Shown here: one piece after another, positions 15,968 through 29,389 of the stretch | How the letters are laid out: the number at the start of each line of letters is the position of its first letter | Position numbering within the stretch: position 1 is the stretch's first letter | From: Eledone cirrhosa | Taxonomy: Eukaryota | Direction of reading: 5' to 3' | Assembly (NCBI GenBank): GCA_964016885.1 | Contig: OZ024740.1 | Location: 95,232,001-95,296,000, forward strand | DNA: 64,000 nt | Program-made: the position numbers and the translations under genes | Notes under the pieces: model-generated | Database searches by the model: none | What the model saw: the letters and a program-made list of their open reading frames with translations, nothing else | What the model was told of the DNA's origin: nothing

Positions 15968-16497
15968 AGAGGTGTAACAAACAAGTTATTATATATTGGT
16001 AAACGTAATAGAAAATGCTGACAAATTGTTCACAGAGAAAAATAGTTTAATTAGGAATAAATGAGAATTAGTAATTGTATTGGTTAGTATTCAGTTTTGA
16101 TTTTAATTTTTACCGGTTGCGCATTTCTAAACGTTTTTCAAAAATAATTTTGAGATAGAGCCTCCGTGATGTTTGCTCTGATCTGATTAGTTTTGGGAAT
16201 TCTACCTGTTTTTATGTAAAAAAAAAGGCTCCAGCGCTATTAAAATTATTTTTTGCGCCAATTCGTGTTGCAACCATTCTTGTGGTCAAAACAATTTTGA
16301 TTGGTCGGTAGAGGTCATGTGAATGTAAAAAATTGATTTTGCGCCAAGACTGAAAAATGACTCTTTCACAACAAATATGTGTCTGTGTGTTTGTGTGTGT
16401 AGTAACAGTAGTAGTAAAGTGTCCGTTGTTGTGATAATGGTTAGCAGGGATGCGTGTGCTAACCGCAGCCTGTTGACAGTTCAAATGCCTATTAAGA

Positions 16498-16558
<61 letters not shown>

Positions 16559-16655
16559 CAGAGTAATTCGTGGTAGAGGGATGTTCAGTAGGAATGTGTC
16601 TGTAAGGGAGTGGGGGTTATTTTAACATGTTAAAAGATATTTTTCAGCTCTTGTC
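15968..16655 (+). repeat. Dispersed repeat family Y (second copy 59268-59878)
   Basis: Shared agaggtgtaaca start, internal blocks and tttttcagctcttgtct end. Confidence 0.7.
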
Positions 16656-16667
16656 TAAAAAAAAAAA

Positions 16668-17902
16668 ATCATCCGACCAGGAAAGAAAAATCATCCTCCA
16701 CGCCAGGAAGACAGTCTTACTCTTTGACAACTCCAAGTGGATAAAAAGAGCTCCTGACTCACCCTTCGACGTCAGCATGGGCGCTACGGATTCGGCGGAG
16801 GTCACAGATCTTATAGGATTATTCCTTATAGCCAAACTCACCGATTCCAAAACCCGGCCCGACGTCACGCCACTACACTTTCGGGCCACATATGGGACCT
16901 CAAGGACAACAACATCAACTATGATCTCACTTGGAAATTACTGTCCAGAGCCAACTCCTACACGGGAGGACGCCGTCCGTGCAATTTATGCTCGGAGGAA
17001 ACATTACAAATGCTGTTTTCGACGGACCAACTCCTTAACAAGAAAGATGAACTGGTTACTGCATGTAAACACCGATTATGTAGGAATTACCTCGCCCTCA
17101 AACCCCATAATGACCCGGGGTAGTAGCCTAGGGCTATAACACCCCACTTGCCTATTTTGTAATGGGTAACCCCTGCTTGCCTATGGAGACGTAAGATCTT
17201 ATTTTACATTCCTTTATCGCTTCCTCTATATGTCCTCCTTCCCCCACCCCTCTCCAGTCCTTCTACCCCAGTTCCCTTTCTTTGACGTCGTCTTTTTCTC
17301 GCCCACCCGAGGTAGCCCATCGGTCCATTGTAGCTTCAGCACCCACACCCCCTCCCCTATTCTATGATAGATGTGGCTGACTCCGCTTTTTATAGCAGAG
17401 GTGTTAGACTCCGGATACTCGCCCCCTTCTCCGACCGCTGTCCCTTTTTCCGTGCCTTCTTTATCTCTTAGTGGCATCTTTGCTTTAATTTCTCGTATAT
17501 CCAGTATCTCTTTTTTCTTTTTCCCTTTTTTTTTTGGGGGGGGGGGGGGTCCTGTATTAATTTTCCGTTCTTTACTTTTACTTCGTACGATCTTTCATGT
17601 AGCTTGTATAATACTTTTTGTTTCGTGGCGGTACCCTTAGAGTTAGAACTAGTATTTTTTTTGCGGGACCCTGAATAATATTCTCGTACTAGATTACTTC
17701 CTTGCACTGGGTGGTTGCTGGCCCTGTGTTTGGGGTAGAAACCTTTATTATTTTCGTGGTAGTCTCTTTAGTATTCTGGCCCCCCTTTGTTGACCCGTCA
17801 GCGTACGATAAACGCACTTATACCTCGTATAAGGGTCCCTTTATTTCCGTCCAACCTAGTTTACTTCTATTATTATTATTTATTTTTTTATTCTACATTA
17901 TA

Positions 17903-17933
<31 letters not shown>

Positions 17934-18513
17934 TATTTATTTATCTATTCTTTTATTCACTTATTTGTTTATTTATTTATTTATGTATTTCTTCAGCCTA
18001 GCAATAGCGAAAGACTTAAGTCTTAGTAACCAGATTTTGCTTATTTTTTTATTCTCTCTCTCAGTACCTTTTACAGTTTTAACTTTCATTGATCCACTTG
18101 CCGTTTCGACCTCCTCCCCCTCCTTCTCCCCAGTATCCTCTTTGACCTCACACCCAGCTGTAGCTGGCACTACCAACGCATGAATGGGTCTACTCCACCC
18201 CCTCTCCCTTTTTCTCCTACTGGCAGGTTTAGCTACCCCTTCCCCCACCAACTTGCCATCACAGATTTACTACTAACCTGTGATGTGACCAATCCTGGTG
18301 ATTATCTCTTTGACCATAAATGGAATTACCCCTTGATAAGTTCGGCTATTTAAATACCAGAATTAATTTTTCTTTCAGTACAGAATTAGCCGTCGAAACG
18401 GCTTGAGCGCAGCCGTCGGGGTCTTACTTGTTCCTATTACCCACTCTACTACCCTAAGTATTGAGTACTTTGGTGCGTTATGGTCCACCTGGTTCCTTAC
18501 CACATTTCCTTCG

Positions 18514-18515
<2 letters not shown>
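16668..18515 (+). mobile_element. Internally deleted Hydra-like PLE with 3' UTR and terminal HHR
   Basis: FDVSMGATDSAEVTDLIGLFL joined to an endonuclease C-terminus (CNLCSEETL...LLNKKDELVTACKH); ends ttccttcgtta(TA)n. Confidence 0.8.
18328..18422 (+). ncRNA. Type-I HHR with U3-A8 core
   Basis: acccc TTGATAA gttcggcta...tagccgtc GAAA cggct tgagcgc agccg TC ggggt. Confidence 0.75.
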
Positions 18516-18544
<29 letters not shown>

Positions 18545-18549
<5 letters not shown>

Positions 18550-19270
18550 AGTGTAATTTACTACACAAAACGAAGGTTATAGAGAAAATTGAAGTTGGTA
18601 ATGGCACATGGAATATATAAGAGACAGAATACTTTTTTGTGAAAAAACATATAATTTTATAAGGTAAGCAAATAATAAAGGGTAGGGTATAAAAAATGAC
18701 CGGTTTCGATGGGTCTGTGAAAGCCAACTTTTCAAATGTTGATTAATATTAAGAAAAATTAATAATAAGAAGAGTTAAAATTTGAGATATGAAAATTCAA
18801 GTATAAAATTCATTGTGGGATTTCATAGTAGTTTTCATCTTGGTAGCCGCAAGTTGACTGCTGTGTGCCTTTCTGGTAGTGAATGAGAAGTTATTTGGGG
18901 GTGTGTGTTATTTTATAAAGGTCAGATTTAGCAATGGCCAGATGGCCAGCAGCTGGTCAGTGAGGGGGTGGAAGCAATATACATACATATGTCTCCCTGT
19001 GGTCGGTAGGAGAGGGGAGATTGATAGAAAGGGATTTAGTGCACTTACACCTATATATACACACATACCTTCACCCACACACACATACATATACATATAC
19101 ATACATATATATATATATATATATACATATACACACATACATACACACACACATACATATTCATACACACATACACACACACATATATGCACATACACAC
19201 ACATATATATATATATACACACACACACATATATATATACATACACGTACATCCAGATACACACATACAT

Positions 19271-19306
<36 letters not shown>

Positions 19307-19851
19307 GTCTATATACACATATAGACACACATATACATACACATATATATACACACACCCACACATGCATACACACACACGTGTGTGTGTATGTATTTAG
19401 TGCACTACATCCCTTTCTATCAATCTCCCTTCTCCTACCGACCACAGGGAGACATATGTATGTATATTGCTTCCACCCCCTCACTGACCAGCAGCTGGCC
19501 ATCTGTCCATTGCTAAATCTGACCTTTATAAAATAACCCACACCCCCAAATAACTTCTCATTCACTACCAGAAAGGCACACAGCAGTCAACTTGCGGCTA
19601 CCAAGATGAAAACTACTATGAAATCCCACAATGAATTTTATACTTAAATTTTCAAATCTCAAATTTTAACTCTTCTTATTATTAATTTTTCTTAATATTA
19701 ATCAACATTTGAAAAGATGGCTTTTGCAGACCCATCGAAACCGGTCATTTTTTATACCCTTTATTATATCCTTACCTTATAAAATTATATGTTTTTTCAC
19801 AAAAAAGTATTATGTCTCTTATATATTCCATGTGCCATTACCAACCTCAAT

Positions 19852-19858
<7 letters not shown>
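18545..19858. mobile_element. Fold-back non-coding PLE-like insert; arms about 18581-19045 and 19399-19858 around a CA/TA microsatellite
   Basis: About 460-nt inverted arms, each with an HHR-like motif; about 35-nt tail on the left. Confidence 0.85.
19704..19751 (+). ncRNA. Minimal HHR with U3-A8 core (mirror copy about 18693-18740 on -)
   Basis: aacat TTGAAAA gatgg cttttgcagac ccatc GAAA ccgg TC atttt; palindromic stem III ACCGGT; weak stem I. Confidence 0.6.
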
Positions 19859-19913
<55 letters not shown>

Positions 19914-19924
19914 CATATATATAA

Positions 19925-21296
19925 TTAATACAAAAACAGAGATAGTTTAAAGCTAATCACTGATTGGTAACCATCTCACTCAACAAACATTAGGTTATAT
20001 TTTAATACAAACCCAATTTAAATGTTTGGGGTGCTAACAATATGTATTATGTGGAAAAGCCAGTTGTATTATTTTATGAGATATAATTAAAATTAAAATA
20101 TATCTCTCTTTCCAAACAATTGTTTCATTATAAGTTTTCTACAAATTCGGAGAATATTTCCAGTTTATGTAGAAGCCTAAAATACATTCATGTTAGAATA
20201 TATTTAGGTGGGCACTTATAAATTATCAGTGGAAGCCCATTAATCTTTGATATAAGAAAACATTTTTTTTTCTTACCGCAGTTAAAATTCGTGTCTGTTA
20301 AGTTGCTCCTTCCCGCATTGAATGACCGGCAAATTTGAAAGCCAGCAGTTTTTGACTGAGGAAGTATTATAGCGTCACTAAGCGGGAAGGGGAGACAACT
20401 ACGATCCACGAAAGGAGGAAAAAATATAATATACACGCGGGTTAATCAGTTTTTTCGAAAACATTATAAATCCAACGTGTTAAGAACTCAATTGAAATTA
20501 AAAAAATAAATATATGCGTGTATAAATTACACACGCATATAGATATTTTCTTAGGCTAAAATCAGAGGTTGTACCTGAATAAGAAACCGCATCTCGTAAC
20601 CGTAGTAAATATGGAAAGTTATGCTTTAAAGGGCAAATGGGAATGTAAATCTCCGGCCGAATTAAGAGTTAAATATAAAACACACGCGGGTTAATTAGTT
20701 ATTTCAAAACTAAAATCAATTCCTCGTGTAAAGAACTCAATTAATAAAAAAAAAATAAATGTATGCATGTAATTATATACATAGGCACATATATATTTCC
20801 TTAGGCTAAAAAACAGAGAAGTTACAACCAATAAAAACCACAATATCGCACGACAGTAATAAATACGGAAAGTCAAATTTATAAGGTACCAAGAGTAAAA
20901 TATTAATACAATAACAGAGATAGTTTAAAGCAAATCTCTGACTGGTAACGATCTCACTCAACAAACATTAGGTTATATTTTAAGTTAAACCCAATTTAAA
21001 TGTTTGTGGTGCTAACAATATGTATTATGAGGAAAAGCCAGTTGTATTATTTTATGAGATATAATTAAAGTTAAAATATATCTCTCTTTCCAAACAATTG
21101 TTTCCTTATAAGTTTTCTACAAATTCGGAGAATATTTCCAGTTTATGTAGAAGCCTAAAATACATTCATGTTAGAATATATTTAGGTGGGCGTTTATAAA
21201 TCATCAGTGGAAGCCCATTCAACTTTGATATAATAAAACAAATTTTCTTACCGCAGTTAAAATTCGTGTCTGTTAAGTTGCTCCTTCCCGCATTGA
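19925..21296. repeat. Nested direct repeats (about 19925-20330/20903-21296 and 20435-20630/20683-20875)
   Basis: Two pairs of similar direct repeats between (TA)n tracts. Confidence 0.75.
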
Positions 21297-21330
21297 TATA
21301 TATATATATTGATATATATATATATAGAAA

Positions 21331-21439
21331 TGGGTGGTGGATTGGCAGTATTGTTAGAGCATTGGACACTATGCTTCATAGCATAGTTATGTCCCTTAAC
21401 GTTCTGAGTTCAAACCCCACGGAGGTTAGCTTTGCCTTT

Positions 21440-21440
<1 letters not shown>
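21331..21440 (+). mobile_element. tRNA-derived SINE, 5' part
   Basis: A-box-like tggcagtattgttagagc, B-box gagttcaaacc; same family as the three minus-strand copies. Confidence 0.75.
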
Positions 21441-21473
<33 letters not shown>

Positions 21474-21933
21474 CACATTTATATATGTATGTATGGAGAG
21501 TTGTGCGGTATATATATTTATACGTTAATACTGAGCACTTGTATGAATGCGCGCCTCTGTTTGCGCATATGTGAGCGAAAGATCCCACGCATATGTGTGT
21601 ATTTTTATTTCCATGCAGACGTACACATACTTATGTGTGAATGGATATGTTTACGTACTATTACGTATATGCCTGAGTTTGAGTATATGTATGTTTATGT
21701 ATTTGGATATGTATTTATTAATTTTCCCATACATTTTTTTCCCGTTATTTTATTTCAGCTTCACTTTCATTTATCCTATACTCTGTTTTCAAATCCATAT
21801 TACTATTTCATAAATAAATAATTCTCATGATGAATGAAGACAGACATAAATAACTGTCTTCAAGAAACCACTGGTAAATGAAATAATTATCTTATGTTGT
21901 TTATTACGTAATTATATATATGTATATATATAA

Positions 21934-22022
<89 letters not shown>

Positions 22023-22025
<3 letters not shown>

Positions 22026-23258
22026 TATGAAGAGAGAAGAAACATTTAGATATAATTAGTAATAAAATGTATCATACCTAAACTGCTCCTAAATTCCTCG
22101 ACTACGTAGTTTCGTGGCATAAACAAAAACAATATATCATAAAGACATAGAGTCCCTGCGAGGACTGCCGACTTATCAAGAGGATACCTCATTTTACTAG
22201 TCTCAAGAACGCGTCTAGACGACGTGAGAAAGAATCCCAAAAGGCGGAGGGGGAGATAGTCACGCGATATAACGGTCGAGAAACAGAGCTAATCCTCTTA
22301 GACGCGTTCTTGAGACTAGTAAAATGAGGTATCCTCTTGATAAGTCGGCAGACCTCGCAGGGACTCTATGTCTTTATGATATATTGTTTTTGTTTATGCC
22401 ACGAAACTACGTAGTCGAGGAATTTAGGAGCAGTTTAGGTATGATACATTTTATTACTAATTATATCTAAATGTTTCTTCTCTCTTCATAATGTATTTTT
22501 AACTCTGATACTGGTTCAGTCTAGTTCAACTGAATTGGTCTGTCCCGGTCATTCATTGAGCAACATCGGTGAAGTTGGCACCCTTAACTCACAGTTGGGT
22601 GCGGATGCATTCATGTATATATGTGTGTGTCCGCATGTATCTGTGTGTTTCTAAATATATTGTTAATAACTCCCCCTGGTCGAGCAATCTTTGAAGTGTG
22701 GGGACAACTGGAAAGCTTCCATTACTCATACTTCTAGCCTTCTTCACCACCTCTTCTGCGGCCTCGATATGAATACCCCCTCCGCCTCCGTGGTATTTTC
22801 TTCGTGGTTATAAGAGGATTAGCTCTGTTTCTCGACCGTTATATCGCGTGACTATCTCCCCCTCCGCCTTTTGGGATTCTTTCTCACGTCGTGTAGACGC
22901 GTTCTTGAGACTAGTAAAATGAGGTATCCTCTTGATACGTCGGCAGACCTCGCAGGGACTCTATGTCTTTATGATATATTGTTTTTGTTTATGCCACGAA
23001 ACTACGTAGTCGAGGAATTTAGGAGCAGTTTAGGTATGATACATTTTATTACTAATTATATCTAAATGTTTCTTCTCTCTTCATAATGTATTTTTAACTC
23101 TGATACTGGTTCAGTCTAGTTCAACTGAATTGGTCTATCCCGGTCATTCATTGAGCAACATCGGTGAAGTTGGCACCCTTAACTCACAGTTGGGTGCGGA
23201 TGCATTCATGCATATATGTGTGTGTCCGCATGTATCTGTGTGTTTCTAAATATATTAT
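22023..23258. mobile_element. Non-coding HHR-containing repeat: one inverted (22023-22299) and two tandem copies (22299-22660, about 22810-23258)
   Basis: Near-identical repeated blocks; three HHR copies. Confidence 0.85.
22332..22421 (+). ncRNA. Type-I HHR with U3-A8 core (other copies 22095-22184 on -, 22927-23016 on +)
   Basis: tcctc TTGATAA gtcggca...tgccac GAAA ctacgtag TC gagga; palindromic stem III ACTACGTAGT. Confidence 0.8.
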
Positions 23259-23273
23259 TATATATATATATAT

Positions 23274-24159
23274 ATATAATAACTAGAAATTGATTAACAT
23301 ATAAATAAACATGAATAATCACAGGAGATAATATTTACAAGTGTGTAACCACACATAGCTAGGTAGGTAACTAAATAAAGTTGACCAGAACTTCAATAAT
23401 ATATACCTTATAAAATTATTAATCTTCCCTGTATATATTCAATTAAAGAATATATTTCACCAATTAATCGGATGGTAAACCTCGGAAGTAGAGACTTGGA
23501 TATTCAACAAGGAAGAAGTTTCAGCCATCCGTGTTTACACTTCAAGTTTGAATCAGCGACTGGCCAGCAACACGTGATATATGTATTAGAAATACACACA
23601 TCATACTAGCTTCCTCCCAGTGGCGTGAATAGTGTTATCCACAACTAGAAACAGCAGTCGAGTCTTTTCAACAGAGTTAGCTCTACAATTAATGAGCCGT
23701 AGGGACGAAGCTAGTATGATGTGTGTATTTCTAATAGATATAATACGTGTTGCTGGCCAGTCGCTGATTTGAACTTGAAGTGTAAACAGGGATCGCTGGA
23801 ATTTCTTCCTTGCTGAAAATTCAAGTCTCCCCTTCCGTGGTTTACCATACGATTAATTGGTGAAATATATTTCTTTAATGGAATATATACAGGGAAGATT
23901 AATCTTATTATAAGGTATCTATTTTTGAAGTTCTGGTCAACCTTATTTAGCTACCTACCTAGCTGTGTGGTTACACACTTGTAAAAATTATCTCCTGTGA
24001 TTATTCATGTTTATTTATATGTTAATCAATTTCTAGTTATTATAAATTTCTCGGACCTACTCGTTAGAAGCTTATTTTGCGGGTGATATTGCGCATGTCT
24101 TTCTCGCATGACACCCATAATTTTGATTTAGATTAAATTCATTTGATTTATCTTAATTT

Positions 24160-24161
<2 letters not shown>
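23274..24161. repeat. Fold-back insert; arms 23274-23613 and 23707-24044, about 117-nt right-hand tail
   Basis: About 340-nt diverged inverted arms between (TA)n tracts. Confidence 0.85.
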
Positions 24162-24249
<88 letters not shown>

Positions 24250-24253
<4 letters not shown>

Positions 24254-26935
24254 ATGACAACGTTGGAATGACTTCGTTTACCCATAATAACGTGATATCC
24301 CATAATATGGCCTTGAATGGGAGAAGAAAATTTAGGAATCATAGACATGTTATTGATTTATCCAAACCAAACCATATGTATAACTACCACAATAATAATC
24401 GTAATAGACAGTCTAATGGTGCCCTTTTTGAGATTAGTTCTAGTGAACAGGATAGACGCTCTGAACGTTCACCCAGTGGTAATGTTTTAACGGCTTCTAA
24501 TAGTGTTAATTCAACTGGTCTTAGTATTAACCCTAATCCTATTAGTAGGATAGAGATAGAAATATAAATAGTAAAGGTAAGAATAGGAGGAGGCTCAATA
24601 CTTACTTTAACCCGCCTTATAATCATGAAGTATTAACTAATATCCCTAGATCTTTCTTTTCTATTTTAGAGAAAAATGTCCCTCCTACTAATAAATACCA
24701 TAGTATCTTTAATAAGAATGTAACTAAACTCTCCTTCTCTACCACCCCTAACATTAATTCTCATCTAGCTAGCACTAATAATAGGAAAATTAGGGGCAGC
24801 TACTGCTCTTTGCGTACCACTAATCTAGATAGCTCAATTAACAACTTACCACCCGAGCAGATCTTATCTTCTAATAACCCTAGGAATAATGCATCGCGTA
24901 ATCAGCTAATCACTAATACCCGGAAGTGTAACTGTAGATTAAATAATAACTGCCCTTTGAATGGTCACTGCCTCTCTAGGAATATTGTTTATGCATGTGA
25001 AGTTAAGACTAATTCTTCTTGTAGAACATGTATAGGCACCACATCTAATACTTTTAAAACTAGGTTTAATTCACATATTTCTAATTTTAAACATATCAAG
25101 TTTAAGAACTCTACTTCTTTGGCACACAATATCTGGGATTTAAAAGGGGCTGGTATACCATATAGCCTAAATTGGCGTATAGTAGCACACTCTAATCCCC
25201 TTTCAACACACGCTAAATTCTGTAATCTTTGTATCCTAGAGACCCACTCTATAATTTTCTCTAGGAACGTATTGCTTAATAGAAAATCTAAATTTTTTTC
25301 TTCCTGTCCGCATGCTATTTCTAATTCCTTCTTCTATTATAGACCTAAAAGCTCCGGTAGTTTAAACCGTATCCATTAGCTGCTAAATGTCCTTATCTCT
25401 TTGGTTTTAGTTCATTATTATTACCATTATTGGTTTTCTACGGTTTTCCGAATTTAGTTTTCATAGTCTTTTTAGCTATATTACCCTATCTATCATCTTT
25501 ACCATTATTACATTTTTACTCACCATTGTCGCCTTATAAGTTTCTATCTTTATTATCATCTCTGGTTGGGATGAAGGTAATATTATATTTAATATTATAT
25601 ATAAAATGTATGTATGGTCAATTTATATTCATTATATATAAATTTTTACCTTTATGCTCCTTCCTACCCTCCATAGTTCTACTTCTTTCTGTTCCCATTG
25701 GTCTACCATAGTTTTATTTAGAGATTTTTCCTTGATAACGTAATTCGTCTAGACGGATCGTAATATATCTTGATAGATCTTTTAGCTTTCTTATTGAAAT
25801 ATCTTAATTTTATTCGACTTTGATGACTTAAATTTTATTCCATATGAAGTGACCCATAATGTATTTTAAACAGTTTTAGTACTAATTAATTTAATGAGGT
25901 TTTCAATTTAATTATTTGATCCAGATTAGTAATATTATCTATATTTACCTAGTGACTTATAACGCCTACGTGTCTGCGCTTGTTTTTGTTTTTGTTCTTC
26001 GTTTTATTTAATTTATTTGTTTACTACCACATGCTGTCTGTTCTCCTAACATTTGTTATCGTCTCCTGATATGTCTATTTGTATGCATCGCGTAAATATG
26101 TCTTTAGCATTTTCCATTGATTCTGTGTGTCTGCTATTGTAATATTAACATTAATATATCATATTATTTTTATGTAATTGAATTATATATACATGTCCGA
26201 TATTGAGATACTGTTTTGTAATATTTTATTAATTTGAACTGCATATACCTCTGGATATTTATTGTCAATATTATATATAGTTATATATACTTTATTTTTA
26301 TAGGATATTTTTTCTTACCCTGTGAAAAACTTTATATACAGTTTGTTGACTTTTGTGATACGTATGATGTAGTTTTATATATTTTTTAATGTCAGTATAT
26401 TATTCCTTTGTGTTTGATATTGTTTATGCACACCGTCAGGGTGATTATGCTATTATATTATAGGGAGTATACTTATATTTAAATATTTAAACAAGTGCTG
26501 GTATGTGTTTGTGTAAATGTGTATATATATGGATATATATATATACATATATATTAAGCTTTTTATTTCTTATTATCCATTATATTGTATTCTATATCAT
26601 ATTATAATTCTCATATTGTATTACCATGTTGTGTTTCATGCATTTGTCTTATATTTTTCTTTCAACGTGGGTTTGACATATTCCTCGCTCTCTTGCCCTG
26701 TAGTCTATATTTGCAAATGCACACTTTTAGCTTTAGAATGTCTTTCCATGATGTGTTTCCTAAGATTTCATAGATATAAATTCCCTGTTCTTCTGAGTTT
26801 TGTATGGTTCTGGCCGTTAATGGTTCTTGTCTCTTTGCTTGCCCTGATGAGTCCTTTTTAGTGGGACGAAACATTGTCGGATAATAAAGACTTTTGATGT
26901 ATTGAAGGCTTCTTTGTTTGTTCATTTTTCATAAT
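24250..26935 (+). mobile_element. 5'-truncated Hydra-like PLE with GIY-YIG region, long AT-rich 3' UTR and HHR
   Basis: CNCRLNNNCPLNGHCLSRNIVY...CIG...RFNSH...CNLCILE...LLNRKS...CPH. Confidence 0.88.
26839..26884 (+). ncRNA. Minimal type-I HHR, canonical core
   Basis: gcc CTGATGA gtcct...gggac GAAA cattg TC gg. Confidence 0.82.
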
Positions 26936-26949
26936 ATATATATATATAC

Positions 26950-27310
26950 ATACTTACTTCCTCCCGTTCGCTACGAATCCGATTTTCCTTCTTTCTCACA
27001 TCAAATTCACTAGCGAAACGTCTGTTTCTTACACGCTCATGAATTCACCCAGTTTATGCTGACAGAATAACGATGTTGCTTGTTTTTCTTTCCATCTTCG
27101 GTTAGCTTTCCCCTGTGGCGTTTACTTGTCTCACTCGCTTTACGCGTTTCACTTGTCCCAAAAACTTATTTTAGTTATTGTCGCACCAACGTGAGGTATA
27201 TGGTTTTTAATGCGATGAAATACCAATGATCGTTGGCAAATCACTGATGAGGGAGTCATTTTATAATATGTAATCTATGTGCAACCATGCAGTATTCTTC
27301 TCCCCATATT

Positions 27311-27315
<5 letters not shown>
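26950..27315 (+). repeat. Dispersed repeat family X (second copy 60757-61120)
   Basis: About 360-nt shared block ending ccccatatttttc(AT)n. Confidence 0.8.
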
Positions 27316-27367
<52 letters not shown>

Positions 27368-27371
<4 letters not shown>

Positions 27372-27569
27372 CGAGTAGGACCCCGACGGCTGAGCTCAAG
27401 CCGTTTCGACGGCTAATTATGGACTAATTAGTCCAGAACTAGCCGTCGAAACGGCGTGAGCTCAGCCGTCCGGGTCTTACTCGTTCCTATTATCCAGCCT
27501 ACTACCCTAAGTATTGAGTACTTTGGTGCGTTATGGTACACCTGGTTCCTTACCACATTTCCTTCGTTA
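27368..27569 (+). mobile_element. Mini fold-back copy of PLE terminus (3' half of HHR)
   Basis: About 58-bp hairpin with apex ggactaattagtcc plus the shared tail. Confidence 0.85.
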
Positions 27570-28489
27570 TATATATATATATATATAATATATATAGATA
27601 TATATAGATATATACGTTCCGGAAATAGACATTTTTTAAATGAGGAGCAAGCAGGACAAAGCTCTGAAAATACGGCGTTTCTAGTTACGATGGAGATTTA
27701 TTATACAATAACATTAAGAATAATGCTGATATTACATCAATCGTTTATTCGTTATAATAATTTCAACAGTTCTCCCTTGCAATCAAAATGTGTTTTATGC
27801 ATTTGTTGTTGTTATGAGAACGATATATTCTTTTGTGATATGCCGCTGGCAGGAAAATCACCACCTACTGCTCATGCGGCCAAGTGTGCGAAAAGGTTCT
27901 CCCAGCCGTCGTGGTTTCTGGAGTAAAGTGCTATCCATATGTCAATTAGCGAAATAAGGAATCACATATCCCCCACGGAATTAGGATCATATATTATCAA
28001 AAGGATAAGCCTACAAATGTGTTGTGTTGACCTGTATCAAACGATAGTCTATGCGTAGCTAGATTCCAGCAGGTAGGTGAAGCAATATACGGCACTCTGA
28101 GGGAGGGTAAGATACACATTTTGATGATAGCTACATTCAAGACAACAACAACCACAATAACTTCAACAACTACGACAACAGCAATTACCGAACAACATCG
28201 CTTGCATTGGCCATTGTAGTCGCAGTGATAGTAATACCAGCTAACAACAACGAGAATAACAACGTCAACAACAGCAGCACAACCACATCCCTCACACTGC
28301 CCATTGCAGTAGTTGTGATATTAGAACTCAGCTAATGGCAGTGATCACATCTCTACCCGATAGCCAGGAAGCGGCAACATTTCCAACTACAACAAAAAAC
28401 AGTAATGAAACCGTTACGACGATGAAGGCAACAAAAAATGCCTGGCGGTGCTGGTCGCTGTAAATACAATCCTACAGTAATAATTTTTT

Positions 28490-28665
28490 CGTCTTATGGC
28501 ACAAGGCCAGCAATTACCCAGTGTATTACTGGTACTTTATGTTACCGACCCCATAAGGATGAAAGGCAGAGTTAAACTCAGTGGGATTTAAACTCGGAAA
28601 GGTCCGTAACTCTATGCGTCAAATCATGGCGTCCGACCCTCTACCGATACTGCAAATCCACCGCC
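28490..28665 (-). mobile_element. tRNA-derived SINE
   Basis: ggcacaaggccagc...actggtacttt...ggatgaaaggc...ggatttaaactc. Confidence 0.8.
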
Positions 28666-28710
28666 CTTTATATAATCCTACAGTAATAATAGTACTGAAA
28701 TAATGATAAT

Positions 28711-28960
28711 AATCTATATATCTAAAACAGAGAATGTCTGTCTGCCTGACTCCCTAAAACTCGAGAACCATGCAACAGAATTTTGTTCAAACTTTACGCA
28801 TGTAATACTTATGCTCGCGTGAGTGTTTTGCGTAAAACATATTTAAAATGTTCAATACCCTAGGGAACGCATTATGCGATCTAGCGATCTCTCGCTATCT
28901 TTCTTAGTCTGCATTTTTAGATAGATACATAGCTATGACGGAGCGCCATGCCTGGCTGTC
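28711..28960 (+). mobile_element. Possible non-autonomous Helitron-like 5' fragment
   Basis: Starts A|TCTATATA then tgtctgtctg tract, resembling Helitron-N starts; no 3' hairpin/CTAG identified. Confidence 0.3.
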
Positions 28961-29146
28961 TGCATTATGACAGTATGACACTATATATGTGTGTGTGTAT
29001 ATATGTATATATAGTGTGTGTATATATATCGTGTGTAAAGTTTTTCGAAATATTTACTTCTGCGTTCAAAGATTGATTTTTTAGTTTCAGAAAATCCCTT
29101 TAAGGATGAAAGCAGCGATTCTTCGCTTAAACTTTATTCTGTTCTG

Positions 29147-29229
<83 letters not shown>

Positions 29230-29389
29230 TATATTCGTGTACAGATAATTTTACATACACGATAACAAAATATAAACAAACCTATTTATTTCAAGAGGCT
29301 CGACAGCAGCAAAAACAACAACAACAATTAGACGGAACTTAGCCACACGGATTTAATCAGGGATTAAATAAATATTATTCACACTGCCA

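Noticed and set aside
23810-23880. HHR in the 23.3-24.0 kb fold-back
   Set aside because: The core differs between arms and no stem I was found.
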